DNA of 64,000 nucleotides from a virus (lineage: Duplodnaviria > Caudoviricetes), in IMG/VR virus record IMGVR_UViG_3300021387_000147; one strand, given 5' to 3'. How positions within the stretch are numbered: position 1 is the stretch's first letter; every line of letters starts with the position of its first letter. The position numbers were made by a program, and so were the translations under genes. Below, in pieces: positions 1 to 10,891 of this stretch. The notes under the pieces are model-generated. The model worked only from the letters and a program-made list of their open reading frames with translations. It ran no database searches and was not told the DNA's origin.

Positions 1-138
1 GTTTCTATATGAAGAAACCTTAAAATTCATATCCAATAGTGCCTTACCAGTAGTCTGATAACCAATTGCACCATTTTCAGTAACGGACTTTGCGTTGTCC
101 AAAATCTTCTTAACTTCAGCGAATAAATCTGCTGCCAT
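1..138 (-). CDS. N-terminal part of a DUF2828 (TROVE/VWA-like) protein, runs off the window edge
   Basis: Manual translation MAADLFAEVKKILDNAKSVTENGAIGYQTTGKALLDMNFK; TENGA..Y.TTG..LLD is the typical DUF2828 start; GGAG RBS upstream. Confidence 0.65.
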   Translation of the reverse strand, partial: MAADLFAEVKKILDNAKSVTENGAIGYQTTGKALLDMNFKVSSYRN

Positions 139-298
139 AATTTTCACTCCTATATAACTAGATTCTTTTTTATGTTGTTGTTAAAATCTAAAACAAGATA
201 CAATATTATTATTGAGCAAATAATGCGGTAAATTGCTGTGTGTATCTTATGTACTTGTTTTATATATTAAATTACTTCATTGATTTTTTGCAGTGCTA

Positions 299-327
299 AA
301 TGTAAGTAATTAAATTATCTTTGTCAA
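299..327 (-). promoter_or_regulatory. sigma70-type promoter TTGACA-N17-TACATT
   Basis: -35 at 322-327, -10 at 299-304; flanked by inverted repeat ttttttgcag/ctgcaaaaaa. Confidence 0.65.
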
Positions 328-357
328 CCCTGCAAAAAACATTTTATCCAAAAATTC

Positions 358-705
358 TTATCGACTTTGAGAAATGTTGATTGTGTAATCATCGCGGTCA
401 TAAATCATAGTGCCCGCTGGAGTACTTACAACAAGCTCATCGTAATAAATCTTATAATCTGGATTTATAAACGTATCACATGTATTCGTTTCCTTATTAC
501 AAACAACTAACTTTGTCTGCATTTGTGGAAGAACAATATACATTGGCTTCCTTGGACGGACATATTCAACATAACCATCTGGTGTGACAACTGTATAAGC
601 TGACACATACCTTGGTGGAGGTGGAGGCGGAACCCTCTTATGATGAGGTGGATGAGCAAATGCAATTCCAACCATCAATGCGAATGTAAGTAAAATCTTT
701 TTCAT
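358..705 (-). CDS. Exported proline-rich hypothetical protein
   Basis: Signal-peptide-like MKKILLTFALMVGIAFA then HPPHHKRVPPPPPPRY; start reassigned to 705. Confidence 0.6.
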   Translation of the reverse strand: MKKILLTFALMVGIAFAHPPHHKRVPPPPPPRYVSAYTVVTPDGYVEYVRPRKPMYIVLPQMQTKLVVCNKETNTCDTFINPDYKIYYDELVVSTPAGTMIYDRDDYTINISQSR

Positions 706-706
706 A

Positions 707-1135
707 TTAGTTTCCTGCAACAAATTCTTGTGCACCTTTAATTGCAATAAGTTTAATTTCTTCTTCTTTACGCTTCTTTCTAATTTTAGTACAATTCTTA
801 ATTGTCTGATTTAGAAGCTTATCAATTTTATGTACTTTCCACTTCCAAAACCAAGTCTGATTTAAAAGTGCATCATACCAATTCTTAGCTTCTCCACGAG
901 CATGACGGAAGAATTCCTTAACTTCAAAATGACCTGTTTCATCATAATGCCATTCTTTAGGAATCCAAAGTCTGACTGGACGTCCTTCACTATTAAATTC
1001 ATATCCAAAGAATTTATCTTTGCACAAATCATCATTTATAGTGTATACGTATTCCATGCTATTCAGCTTATGCAGAAGCAAACCATACTTATCTGCTAGC
1101 AATTTCAAATCATATACTTTATCGACAAAATCCAT
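707..1135 (-). CDS. Hypothetical protein, C-terminal K-x-x-I-K-x-I tail family
   Basis: ORF tiles with neighbours; KRKEEEIKLIAIKG near the end. Confidence 0.65.
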   Translation of the reverse strand: MDFVDKVYDLKLLADKYGLLLHKLNSMEYVYTINDDLCKDKFFGYEFNSEGRPVRLWIPKEWHYDETGHFEVKEFFRHARGEAKNWYDALLNQTWFWKWKVHKIDKLLNQTIKNCTKIRKKRKEEEIKLIAIKGAQEFVAGN

Positions 1136-1136
1136 A

Positions 1137-1391
1137 TTAGTCCTTTCTCGTATCTTCCGCGGAAATTTCTGCTAATTCTGCCTTAATTTCATTTGTAGTC
1201 TTAACATTCTGATATGTGCACCAACCAAATAAGCCAGCCCACAGAATATTGGCTACATGTGAGACTGCAAATGTGCCTGTTGCCAAAGCAAGACCTACAC
1301 ACAAAGCATTCAATACAAGCAAAACAAATTGGAGAATACGGAGCCACTTCGGCCACACATATCTATCTTCATATTCTTTAGGAATTTTCAT
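1137..1391 (-). CDS. Small membrane protein
   Basis: Two hydrophobic segments. Confidence 0.6.
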   Translation of the reverse strand: MKIPKEYEDRYVWPKWLRILQFVLLVLNALCVGLALATGTFAVSHVANILWAGLFGWCTYQNVKTTNEIKAELAEISAEDTRKD

Positions 1392-1392
1392 T

Positions 1393-2142
1393 TTAAACCT
1401 CCATCATAGTTTCAATTGCATTTGGAAGATGCGGATCAAAGTAAGGAATTCGAACAATATCCAGCTTAAACTTATTCTTTCGATACATATCCATAATCTT
1501 TTCAAAATGAGGACCCTTAATGCCCTTACGAATAAGTTCATTTACTTCATGATACGTAAATCCAAGTTTGTCTTCATCTGTCTTTGGCTGAAGACCATCA
1601 ATTGGAACCTTATGAACCAGTTCATAAGGAAGACCGAGGTCATCACCAATATCCATTATTTCTTCTGTAGTAAGTTTACTTAGAGCAGCGAACGAACCAG
1701 CATTATCGCCATACAAAGTTGCATAGCCAACGGTATCTTCACTCAAATTACAAGTATTTGCAACAAATCCACCAACAGTCTGAGCAACTGCATACAAAGT
1801 GCTCATACGAAGACGAGCAGGCAAATTAGTCAAAGTATCATAACTGAGTTCTACGCCCAAATTAATTGCATTGCAAAGGTCATTGAATGCATTTCCAATA
1901 TTGACTGTAGTGCTCTTAATTCCAAGAAAATCAATAAGCTTCTGACTGTCTCCAATATCCTTCTGAATACCACAGGGCATCATAACGCCAATTACGTTTT
2001 CTGGACCAATTGCTTTAGCGCAAATTGCAGCGACTACAGAACTATCCTTTCCACCAGAAATTCCAATAACTACCTTTGTCTGATGATTCTTTTCAAGAAT
2101 TGCCTTAGTCCAGTTAACACAATTACGAGTCAGAGTCTTCAT
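1393..2142 (-). CDS. nadE: NH3-dependent NAD+ synthetase
   Basis: GISGGKDS PP-loop, NLPARLRM, N.SE..VGY.TLYGD, P.DGL...TDE..LG motifs. Confidence 0.95.
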   Translation of the reverse strand: MKTLTRNCVNWTKAILEKNHQTKVVIGISGGKDSSVVAAICAKAIGPENVIGVMMPCGIQKDIGDSQKLIDFLGIKSTTVNIGNAFNDLCNAINLGVELSYDTLTNLPARLRMSTLYAVAQTVGGFVANTCNLSEDTVGYATLYGDNAGSFAALSKLTTEEIMDIGDDLGLPYELVHKVPIDGLQPKTDEDKLGFTYHEVNELIRKGIKGPHFEKIMDMYRKNKFKLDIVRIPYFDPHLPNAIETMMEV

Positions 2143-2158
2143 TTTTCTTCCTTTGTTA

Positions 2159-2695
2159 TTAAATTACTTCGATTTCCTGTGCACGAAGAACAGCGAGAGC
2201 ATGTTCCTTTGCTTCCTTTGTCACACCTTCGGTGAGCTTAGCGATAACCTTAATAGGCTTATCAGGGAACATTGCACGGAGAATTACAGCATTGGCGAGC
2301 ACACAAATTTCAGTGCAAAAACCAATCAAAACAATTTCTTCAGCCTGTGCAATAATACGCTGGAGACCTTCATTGTTCCAATCCGTATATCCAAATGTAG
2401 GCTTATCAATTACAGCCTGAACCTTTGCACCAGCAGCGTTTGCGACGTCCTGTCGAACCATCCAACCTTCAGTGCCATGAATACAATGCTTCAAGCCCTT
2501 ATCTGCAGGAAGATACTTACCTTCGAGCGAATTTTCATAAATTCCATCAACGTGAGTGTCACGAGTGAATACAACTGGACCTTGCCAATTCTTGATAAAT
2601 TCAACAATATCAGGGATAATTGCTTCAGCGTCCTTGTTTGCGAGTGCGCCTGTAATAAAATCAGGCTGAATATCAATACCAACTAGAGTCTTCAT
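2159..2695 (-). CDS. pncA: Nicotinamidase (isochorismatase family)
   Basis: IDIQPDF..GAL, TRDTH, HC..GT.G, DKPTFG, GFCTEICV; adjacent to nadE. Confidence 0.9.
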   Translation of the reverse strand: MKTLVGIDIQPDFITGALANKDAEAIIPDIVEFIKNWQGPVVFTRDTHVDGIYENSLEGKYLPADKGLKHCIHGTEGWMVRQDVANAAGAKVQAVIDKPTFGYTDWNNEGLQRIIAQAEEIVLIGFCTEICVLANAVILRAMFPDKPIKVIAKLTEGVTKEAKEHALAVLRAQEIEVI

Positions 2696-2718
2696 GTTTA
2701 TTTTCCTTTTTGACGTAA

Positions 2719-2763
2719 AAATTATTAAAAATTATGCATTTTGGCAACCCATTAAAATGTAAA
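2719..2763 (-). promoter_or_regulatory. Promoter of pncA-nadE, TTGCCA-N17-TAATTT, with an operator half-site
   Basis: -35 2742-2747, -10 2719-2724, tgtaaa half box at 2758-2763 at the same 10-bp offset as the full boxes. Confidence 0.5.
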
Positions 2764-2892
2764 ATTTTCTAAATGATCCAAGATTTTTAAAAATTTGACT
2801 GCCTTGACTTTTCTCCTTGTTAAACAGCGTCGCAGCAGTCATATCAAAGATTTCTTGGAAACATTCCTATTTGGAAGTCGTATAAGAAAGCA

Positions 2893-3063
2893 CTAAAATT
2901 CAAAATCCTTGTTAGAGTGCTTCTGCTTTCTCGTATACTTCTTCTTATTCGGAATGGAGCGAGTGCGAAGCGTCATGCCGTTATTAGTACCAGCAATTCG
3001 TTCATTACGCATACGTTCATTTTCCTTAGCAGAGTCTTTGATATTTTTCTTATTCTTAGCCAT
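2893..3063 (-). CDS. Small basic protein, ArfA-like ribosome rescue factor candidate
   Basis: 56 aa from ATG 3063; IKDSA and LRTRSIPNKKKYTRKQKH resemble ArfA IKDNA and FRQRVEKNKKGKGSY.RKGKH. Confidence 0.45.
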   Translation of the reverse strand: MAKNKKNIKDSAKENERMRNERIAGTNNGMTLRTRSIPNKKKYTRKQKHSNKDFEF

Positions 3064-3093
3064 AATTCTTAATCTCTTTTTTTTAACAAGTAA

Positions 3094-3150
3094 AATATAA
3101 GTAATTATGGACCTTTTGGAAACCCTTATTTTTGTAAAAAGATGTTTACA
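3094..3150 (-). promoter_or_regulatory. Conserved promoter + palindromic operator (copy 1)
   Basis: TTTCCA(3117-3122)-N17-TATATT(3094-3099); TGTAAA-N6-TTTACA 3133-3150. Confidence 0.85.
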
Positions 3151-3249
3151 AAACCAGGCCTCCAAGGAGCGCTCCAGGGCCTTTTTTGACAGGCCCCTAA
3201 CAATCTATCGTCCAATGGGCTAAAAATGCCCCAAAATAGCCCGTTTTCA

Positions 3250-6200
3250 TCAAGAAATAGATTTAATTTTGGCTTCCTTGAGTGCTTTTTTCATGTTCTG
3301 TAAATAAGAATTTACAAATGGGAGGATAGTGTCAAAATTTGACACTTCCTTAATATATTCCTTTTCTTTCACAATTGGAATGATTTTTTCACCAAATTCC
3401 CGGCCAAGCATTCTATTATTTTCCATTACATTTTTGTCAGGATTTGGAAATGAATAATAAATTAAATCATTTGCTTCACCAATTAAATTTTGAATAAATC
3501 GACTAGGCTTATAATTCAAAACCAAATTTTTATCTACACCATGACCATACGTATAAGCCTTATAAACAATTTCATAAATTGTATCGACTTTTTGTCTAAT
3601 CATGATAGGAGCAATAAATGCATCATGCCTAATCATAATAGTTGCAATTCCAGGCCAGGTTTCTCTATCAACTGTACATTCTGGTAAATTATCTTTTAAA
3701 TATTGCAATAATCTTTGTTCTGTTTTATAAAGATAATTAGCATAATTAGGATCATTTTGATTTGGTCCTTTTTCTACAATGAACATCCTATAACTCCAAT
3801 TGCTTTAATTTTAGCTTTTTTAATTGTTCTATGATAACCTTTATAGAGATCTGTAATAAATGGAATTACATCTTCAAAGTTTTCAAATGATTTCTTAATC
3901 ATTTTCTTTTCAACTACTTGAATATGATAATCTGAATTGACTGCGATTTCTGTTCCATTTAGTTCATCTTTAGGTTGAAGTCTATGTGCAAAAGATGAAA
4001 AACATTGAGCTAATTTAGCTAATTCAGATTTTGTATTAACTAACCTACTAAAATCCAAATCAGAATAGACAACTTCAAAATCAGTTGGATTTACATTTAT
4101 AAGAACCTTAAGATTGAAATTATCAGTTAATGAATAATTACAGACATTTCTATATCGTAAATCATATTCAGGAAATTCTTTAGCAATAGAATCAAAATAA
4201 TAAAAACGATCACCAAAGTATTTCTTTCTTCTATCTTCTATTGTTCCCATAACTTGTTCCTTTAAATGCTTATAATATTCAATATCTTCTTGTGTAGGAT
4301 TTACAATTGAAGGAGGTAGTAAATAACCACATAATCTAGTGACTGTCAATTCAGGAATATCAGTAATCATCTTCGTCTGCTCCAATTTGTTTAATTTGAA
4401 ATACTTTCATTTTAACTTTTAAATCATTAATATACTTAAAGAATGCTTCTTCAACTTCTTCAATAGAATGACATGGTTCAATCATCTGGGTAGATTTAAT
4501 ATTGCACATAATATCACGTTGTCCACTATTATGATTAGCTATAAGTTGATCATTCCATACATTAAACATTTGTCTTAATGTTGCAACTGAATATTCAACA
4601 TCTTGGAATCTACATTCATAAACAGTTCTTGTTGTTAAATCTATAGGACTTGTAATAGGAACTGGCTTAATAAAAAACTTTCCAGCAAGATAACTGTCAT
4701 AAAGCACTACATTATCACGATTATCACCAATGATATTAAAATGATAACCTTCACGTTGAAGCTTTCTAAAATGTTCAACAATCATCATCTTTTCTTGAGC
4801 AAATTTCATTCTATCAGTATAATTTGTCATCTTCTTTCTCTTTACAAATATGTTCAATTAAATATCTTTTTTCAATTCCATCAAGTTTATGCAACCAACA
4901 TGCAACATCTGTTATAACTTCATCTTCAGTATTAATTGAAGTCCAACCAGAAACAGGCACTACATAATAACCATATTTTTGTTGGCCAACATTACCATCA
5001 CCTTTATCATAGAAATATGGCATATCTAATGTTTTAACTAACATTGAATCTTTATGACAATCAAAATAATTAGGTTCACCAAAGATTTTGTAAGCAGTTC
5101 TATATTTGTTATGACAAACATAAAATGAATTTTGACTATTGCCAACAACTACAGATACCATAGGAACATCTTTATAAATTGCATTTAATCTATTATACAA
5201 GTTTTTACAATGACCTAAAAATTCATTAATTAACATAATATCTCCTTAGTTCATCCAAGTCATATAATCACTATAATAATCAGGTTCTTTTTTACCAATA
5301 GATTTAATTGCAATCAATTTTTCAACTTTAGCAATTTCTCTTTTATATTCTTGATACTTATCAAAAATAGAATCTACAGATGTTGTTAAAAATGCACGTT
5401 TTTGTCTATTATCCATTACATAACTATAACTATCTGCATTCTTATCATAAATTGGAAATTCATAATCTACTCTGAAAGAACTATAAGCTCTATCAAAAGA
5501 AATAATAAAATCATATTGCAATCTTGGATAACGAATAGTAATTAAATCACTAATGCAACTATAAGTGTCAACTAAAACTTGTTCACCTTTATTTTTATCA
5601 ATTAATTCATCAAATGCATTAAACAAATGAAATGCTAATGTATTCTGACTACCTTTGTTTTGTGATTTCAAATAATCATCAACTGCATTTTTCAAACCAT
5701 TCATATTGCTTCAATCCTTGCTTTTAAAATTTTCTTGTTTATTTCATTCATCCAAATTTGAACATCATTTTTAATTTCGTCAAATGAATTTAATGTTTTA
5801 TGATGTGAACAATTAATAGAATATAATCTTTTTTTGTTAATAGTTATTGGATGCATTTCATATTCATGAATCATATCATCACTTACTCTGTTCCAATATT
5901 CATATCTTAATGAGTCAAAATCAGTTGAAAATTTTATTGGCATATATGCATTAATTTCATACCAAGGTTTCTCACCAACATTAAAAAATTTCATTACAAT
6001 CTTATACATTACATTATTATACATAATGTTAGCACATTCTGATGCATAATGAGAAACTAAAACATCAGGAAATACTTTTGTAATATCAATTAAATCATCA
6101 CGGAATTTTTCATAAACATCGTATTCATACGTTTTACAAGTTATTGGAATAAGACTAATCATATTGCTTCAATCCTTGCCTTAAGTGCATCTTTTTTTAT

Positions 6201-7257
6201 TTTATCACGCCAATCTACAAAAGCCTTATATGCATCATCTCCATTATCATAAATACTCATTCTCTGAGTAATTGTCATATTCAGCTTTTTATTTTTAACA
6301 ACAATTGTCTTTCCAGAACTATCTGCTTCATATTCATAAAAAGCAGGTTCATCAAAATGAATCATAAATTTTGGCTGAATCATGCTTTTGTCTTTATATA
6401 AATCAATTTTATATTGAAAACAAGTCTTAGCCGAATTTCTATCTACTTCTTCAATCTCATTTGGATAATACCAAAGAAGAAATGCACCATCAGTACCAAC
6501 AGACATTCTAAATTCTGCATTAGGCGTCATAAAATAATTTTCTTCATTTAAATTAAATCTTTCAACAATATTGTTATACACGTCAATAAGCTCTTTCTTA
6601 TCGGCAGTAAACATATTCCAATGTGCTCTATTTCCAAAGTTAATCTTTGTCATCTTGCATACCTATCAATCTAAGTTTAGCCTTTTGTAATGCGATAGCA
6701 TGACTACGCATCCACTTGTTAATAAATTCTATTACTTCATCTTTATTATCAAATTCTTTATATTTTACTTCATAAGTAGAAGTAGGATTTAATACATAAT
6801 TTCCAATTACTATTGAACCAGAAACCATGCATAGAGTTTCACTATTTTCATAAATTTTATAATCTAAATCACTATAGTTGACATAATACTTTTTACATGG
6901 AGCATTAGCATATTCAAAACCATAACTAATAGATAATGGCTCAGAGAATTTGTAATCTCTAAAGTTTATTCTTTTATTAAAATCATAAGAAATACCAAAT
7001 CTATCTTCATCACAAAATGATTCCTTTAATTCTGCATACAAAGGATATAATTCACCTAACAAATCTTCAGCGATATTTTCATTTTGTAATTCATACGCCC
7101 AATAACTAGAGTCATCATCGTTATATTCTGGATCATCATGCCAATAACTATAATAGCGCTGATATTCTTCCTCTTCTTGCATTTCAAAATCCGCTTCCAA
7201 TAACTCGAAAGCGGATGTAAGGTGAGGTCTTCTATGATCGTAATGTTTTAAGCTCAT
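3250..7257 (-). other. Run of eight hypothetical CDSs (3250-3786, 3774-4385, 4360-4857, 4814-5236, 5246-5704, 5701-6162, 6159-6653, 6640-7257) sharing a C-terminal tail
   Basis: Overlapping start/stop tiling; ends KEAKIKSIS, KKAKIKAIG, KVFQIKQIG, KRYLIEHIC, KLIAIKSIG, KARIEAI, KARIEAI, KAKLRLIG. Confidence 0.8.
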
Positions 7258-7709
7258 TATCCAAATAATTTATTTTTAAATTTACTGAAGAAGGAATCAA
7301 TGTCGATATTACATTCAAATCCGCCTTCATAACCATGCCCAAGAGCAGGTCCTTCAACCCAATTGCCATTTTCATCTTGATGTTCGTAAGAACCACTAAA
7401 TGGATGAGAAAAAATATCTTCGCCAACATGACGATTGGGCTTTACAAATTTGAGTTCTTCAAGTGCAGTAAGAGGCTTTCCCTTCTTCTTTGCAATCAAC
7501 TTATTTACTGTTTCAAGTGACTCTACTGCATCAACAGGATGGTCCTTTTCATACTTTTCCTTGAGTTCTACGTCGCCGGCATGTGCTTCATTCATCTGAA
7601 TGCGATAAACAGCATTTTCATAGTCATACTGGTCATCTGGCTTGTCTCCAAAAATCCAGCTCATTATTGAATTGGTAGATTTAATTAACTTGTTTTTAAT
7701 TTTGCTCAT
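7257..7709 (-). CDS. Hypothetical protein
   Basis: AGGAG RBS, tiles with neighbours. Confidence 0.7.
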   Translation of the reverse strand: MSKIKNKLIKSTNSIMSWIFGDKPDDQYDYENAVYRIQMNEAHAGDVELKEKYEKDHPVDAVESLETVNKLIAKKKGKPLTALEELKFVKPNRHVGEDIFSHPFSGSYEHQDENGNWVEGPALGHGYEGGFECNIDIDSFFSKFKNKLFG

Positions 7710-7721
7710 TTTAAATTCTCC

Positions 7722-7982
7722 TTAATAGTAAGTGACAAATCCATGACAACCATCACGATAAGTAAGTTTATACAATCCACAAACGTCTCTATCGTAATAG
7801 TGTTCGTAATAATACTGCTTTTCTTCAGTCATAATTTCTTCTTTTATAATGAATTCCTCGCCACAGTCATTTTCAAAATGATAATTGCATCGAGTTTCTT
7901 CATAATAATCAGGTTCAGTCGTTTCTACAACAGTGCATCCGACCATTATCATTGCAATCAAAAGAAATAAAATCTTTTTCAT
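7722..7982 (-). CDS. Putative lipoprotein
   Basis: MKKILFLLIAMIMVGC lipobox-like N-terminus. Confidence 0.6.
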   Translation of the reverse strand: MKKILFLLIAMIMVGCTVVETTEPDYYEETRCNYHFENDCGEEFIIKEEIMTEEKQYYYEHYYDRDVCGLYKLTYRDGCHGFVTYY

Positions 7983-8158
7983 TAGCTCCCCATTTTGTTG
8001 AGTTTTTCAATAATAGCATGCACTTCAGACTGCAAACTATTATCGAACTTCTTTGAAAGCGCCTTACACTTGGCCCTCATTTCATAACTTGGACCCTTAT
8101 TTGAATACACATAAAGCGCAGTAGCAATTACTTGCTTTTCTTCTTCAGTCAATTCCAT
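7982..8158 (-). CDS. 58-aa hypothetical protein (not in ORF track)
   Basis: MELTEEEKQVIATALY...KLNKMGS; fills the gap with TAATG overlaps at both ends. Confidence 0.7.
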   Translation of the reverse strand: MELTEEEKQVIATALYVYSNKGPSYEMRAKCKALSKKFDNSLQSEVHAIIEKLNKMGS

Positions 8159-9468
8159 TACACATTCCTTCCATTTTCATACACATACTTGAGAGTCGGG
8201 AAGCGGAGGCTATATTCACCAGCCTTATTCTTCGTTTCTTCAAAGTACTTGATTGTCACAGTCTTACCGATAATCTTGGACGGCTTCTTCATCCATTCAA
8301 TTCGCTGTTCACGAGAAAGACCGCTACCAACATTCACCTTATTTCCCTTATGTTCAATGATAAGAGACTTAACACCAGTGAACTTCACATTGCCCTTACC
8401 AGGTTCAGAAGTAGTCATTTCAGCAATTTCAATATCCTTCACAACATATTCATCATCGAAGAACTTCTTAACCTTCAAGAGGTTCTTAGTACGACCAACT
8501 TCAAATTCAACGTCCTTACGAAGCATGAAGCCTTCCCAATCACCATCTTCCACATACTGAGACCAACGGTCAAAATCTTCCTGAGAAGTAATGCGTTCCT
8601 GTTCGAGCAACTTGATAGTAGTGAACTTGTTGCCCTTAAACATTTTCTGCATTTCCTTATAACGTTCAGAGAAGATAGCAGACTTTGTCTTCATTTCGAA
8701 TTCCTTCAACGTCACAAAGTCAAAAATCTGATAGCACGGATTTTCAATAGTCCAATTCTTCTTCTTAATTTCCTTCATGATCCAATCGAAGTGCTCATCG
8801 CCATTTTCGTCAACAATGCAAAGTTCACCATCGAAAACATAATTGCCAGTCGGAAGATTACGAACAAGCCATTCCACACCTTCCTTAACATTGTCGAGAG
8901 TAGTAAACGGCTTTCCCTGACGAGAAATAAAGTCAACAGAAACATTCTTAGAAGTCTTCTTAACCATTGCAACGCAACGACAACCATCACACTTACGAGA
9001 AGCAAAGAAAGTACCATCAATCGGATTTACACCCTTTACTTTGTCAAGAAGATGAGCAAGAGTGACAGTAAATTCAGCAGTGGCTTCCTCACCGATTAAC
9101 TTGTCGAAAGAAGCCTTAGAAAGACCAATCGTCAACTTACGCTGAAGAATTGCCTTCAAAATTTCATGGTCAGCCTTGACAAAACCACCAATAGTCTTTT
9201 CAACGAGAGCGATAGCATCATTGCCAGTCACTTCACGAGCATTCAGCTTATCCAACATTTTGTGGAATTTCTTATAGTCGTGGTCAATCGTATCCCAACC
9301 GCCCTTAGTAGGCATATCAAACTTCTTAACGCCGTAATTACGGTCCTTGTTGTAAGTGTCTTCGTAAATCTGCTTGATGGTATCATTGATATTGTCATTC
9401 ATAATGGCAGACTTTTCAGCAGTGCCAGCAGTAGAAGAAATCTTAGAGAAAAGCTTACGAATTTCCAT
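8158..9468 (-). CDS. lig: ATP-dependent DNA ligase
   Basis: SRKCDGCRC (KxDG), FDGEL, WEGFMLR, LLKVK, VGSG, SLRFP motifs; start at MEIRK after GAGG RBS and promoter. Confidence 0.93.
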   Translation of the reverse strand: MEIRKLFSKISSTAGTAEKSAIMNDNINDTIKQIYEDTYNKDRNYGVKKFDMPTKGGWDTIDHDYKKFHKMLDKLNAREVTGNDAIALVEKTIGGFVKADHEILKAILQRKLTIGLSKASFDKLIGEEATAEFTVTLAHLLDKVKGVNPIDGTFFASRKCDGCRCVAMVKKTSKNVSVDFISRQGKPFTTLDNVKEGVEWLVRNLPTGNYVFDGELCIVDENGDEHFDWIMKEIKKKNWTIENPCYQIFDFVTLKEFEMKTKSAIFSERYKEMQKMFKGNKFTTIKLLEQERITSQEDFDRWSQYVEDGDWEGFMLRKDVEFEVGRTKNLLKVKKFFDDEYVVKDIEIAEMTTSEPGKGNVKFTGVKSLIIEHKGNKVNVGSGLSREQRIEWMKKPSKIIGKTVTIKYFEETKNKAGEYSLRFPTLKYVYENGRNV

Positions 9469-9498
9469 ATTTAAACCTCTTTTAATTTTTACAAGTAT

Positions 9499-9605
9499 AA
9501 TATAAGTATTTTGGAATGTCCTGTCAACCCTAAAATGTGTAAAATATTGTTTACAATACCAAAAAAAGCGCCCTTGGAGACGCTTTTTGTAAATTTTTAT
9601 TAACA
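9499..9605 (-). promoter_or_regulatory. Conserved promoter + operator (copy 2, two boxes)
   Basis: TTGACA(9522-9527)-N17-TATATT(9499-9504); boxes at 9538-9555 and 9588-9605 (1 mismatch). Confidence 0.85.
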
Positions 9606-9621
9606 TTCTACGAACAATATG

Positions 9622-10089
9622 TTAACATTTTGTTAACACTATGCATTCCTTTTCATTTTCCTTAAAATTATGGAGAATTTTAAACATTTTGGATGCAATT
9701 TTAGCATAATCTCGATAGTTTTGAGAAATCCATATATCATTTCGTTTGTTAACGTATCTATACCATAAGTTATCCAAACATAAATTTTGTTTATAATGTT
9801 CCTCATTCACATCGATAATTTCAATTACTCCATCATCCCTTAGATAATTCTTTAGATTTTCAAACAACTTTTGGAGATTTGGAATGTGATGAATTACATT
9901 TCTCAATCTAAAAATAGATACAGAATTGTGTGGTAATTCTCCATCTTTGTTATAGATTTTGTAATCAATCACATTATAATCTAAACATGGATTTGTAGTA
10001 AAATCACATGTTTTATAACCTTTTTTAGGGTTATAACCAGAGCCATAATCAATGAATAGGCTTTGAGTCGATGAAGTCTTTGAGTGCAT
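9622..10089 (-). CDS. Class I SAM-dependent methyltransferase-like protein
   Basis: IDYGSG motif I, NVIHHI...LF..L...LRDDGVIEI. Confidence 0.65.
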   Translation of the reverse strand: MHSKTSSTQSLFIDYGSGYNPKKGYKTCDFTTNPCLDYNVIDYKIYNKDGELPHNSVSIFRLRNVIHHIPNLQKLFENLKNYLRDDGVIEIIDVNEEHYKQNLCLDNLWYRYVNKRNDIWISQNYRDYAKIASKMFKILHNFKENEKECIVLTKC

Positions 10090-10891
10090 CTAAATCTAAT
10101 TCCTCATAATCTGCAGAACTATAAGTCTTATTCAATGAACTATTACCAATCTTCTTACAGTATTGTTCCCATTTACAGAAATTGCCTACTGGAGTAATAA
10201 TAATATCGGTAGCATCGTAGCCTGTATAATTACCGAAAACACCAAATTGATGGCTATTTCCTTTTTCGTCTTTCCATATATAGTCATAAAAATTACAATT
10301 GTCATCCTTAACTTTTGAAGTTCCCATCTTTTCCTGGAAATCAAAATCAGAATATCTACCCATAAGGTCTTCACAGACAACTACATAGAAATTATCAGTC
10401 AAACATGCTTTTAACAATTCAACCAATTTGTCACCTGTAGATTCATTACATTTAGGAATATTCAATCTTGTATTAGGAATATACTTTTTACATAGAAGAG
10501 CTTGATCACGTCTTCTTGCATACTGTTCAATAGAAGATACAGAAATAGCAACTTCAGTTAAACCAGCCTCAGCGTAAGATTTAATACGTTCTTCATCTAA
10601 GAGAATTCCATTAGTGACAAGACAAACATCTTCAGATACATGTGCTTTAACAGCTCTAATAATATCAGGAAGGTCTTTTCTAATAGTTGATTCTCCACCC
10701 ATGATAGTTGCACGTTTAAGAATACCAACTTTATCCATAGTTGATATTGCTTTCTGCATATCTAATTGAAGAGGATCTTTTAAAGGTTGATAACAAAAAT
10801 AACAGTTTCCATGAGGTCCAGTGGATTCATTCATGTTGCAGTTAAGATTTGTTATCACTCTATATCTAAATATTGATTTTTTAACACCCAT
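10049..10891 (-). CDS. Radical SAM protein with atypical CX11CX2C motif
   Basis: ITNLNCN..GNCYFCYQ, MGGE, VTNGILL, ISV. Confidence 0.85.
   Translation of the reverse strand: MGVKKSIFRYRVITNLNCNMNESTGPHGNCYFCYQPLKDPLQLDMQKAISTMDKVGILKRATIMGGESTIRKDLPDIIRAVKAHVSEDVCLVTNGILLDEERIKSYAEAGLTEVAISVSSIEQYARRRDQALLCKKYIPNTRLNIPKCNESTGDKLVELLKACLTDNFYVVVCEDLMGRYSDFDFQEKMGTSKVKDDNCNFYDYIWKDEKGNSHQFGVFGNYTGYDATDIIITPVGNFCKWEQYCKKIGNSSLNKTYSSADYEELDLDALKDFIDSKPIH

Noticed and set aside
2768-2892. Possible small ORF or ncRNA downstream of the ArfA-like gene
   Set aside because: No convincing start/RBS or stable structure identified by eye
8350-9099. Long plus-strand ORFs (also 13445-14155, 19230-19835, 35398-36000, 37652-38203 and others)
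   Set aside because: Antisense shadows of well-supported minus-strand genes; no RBS or motifs
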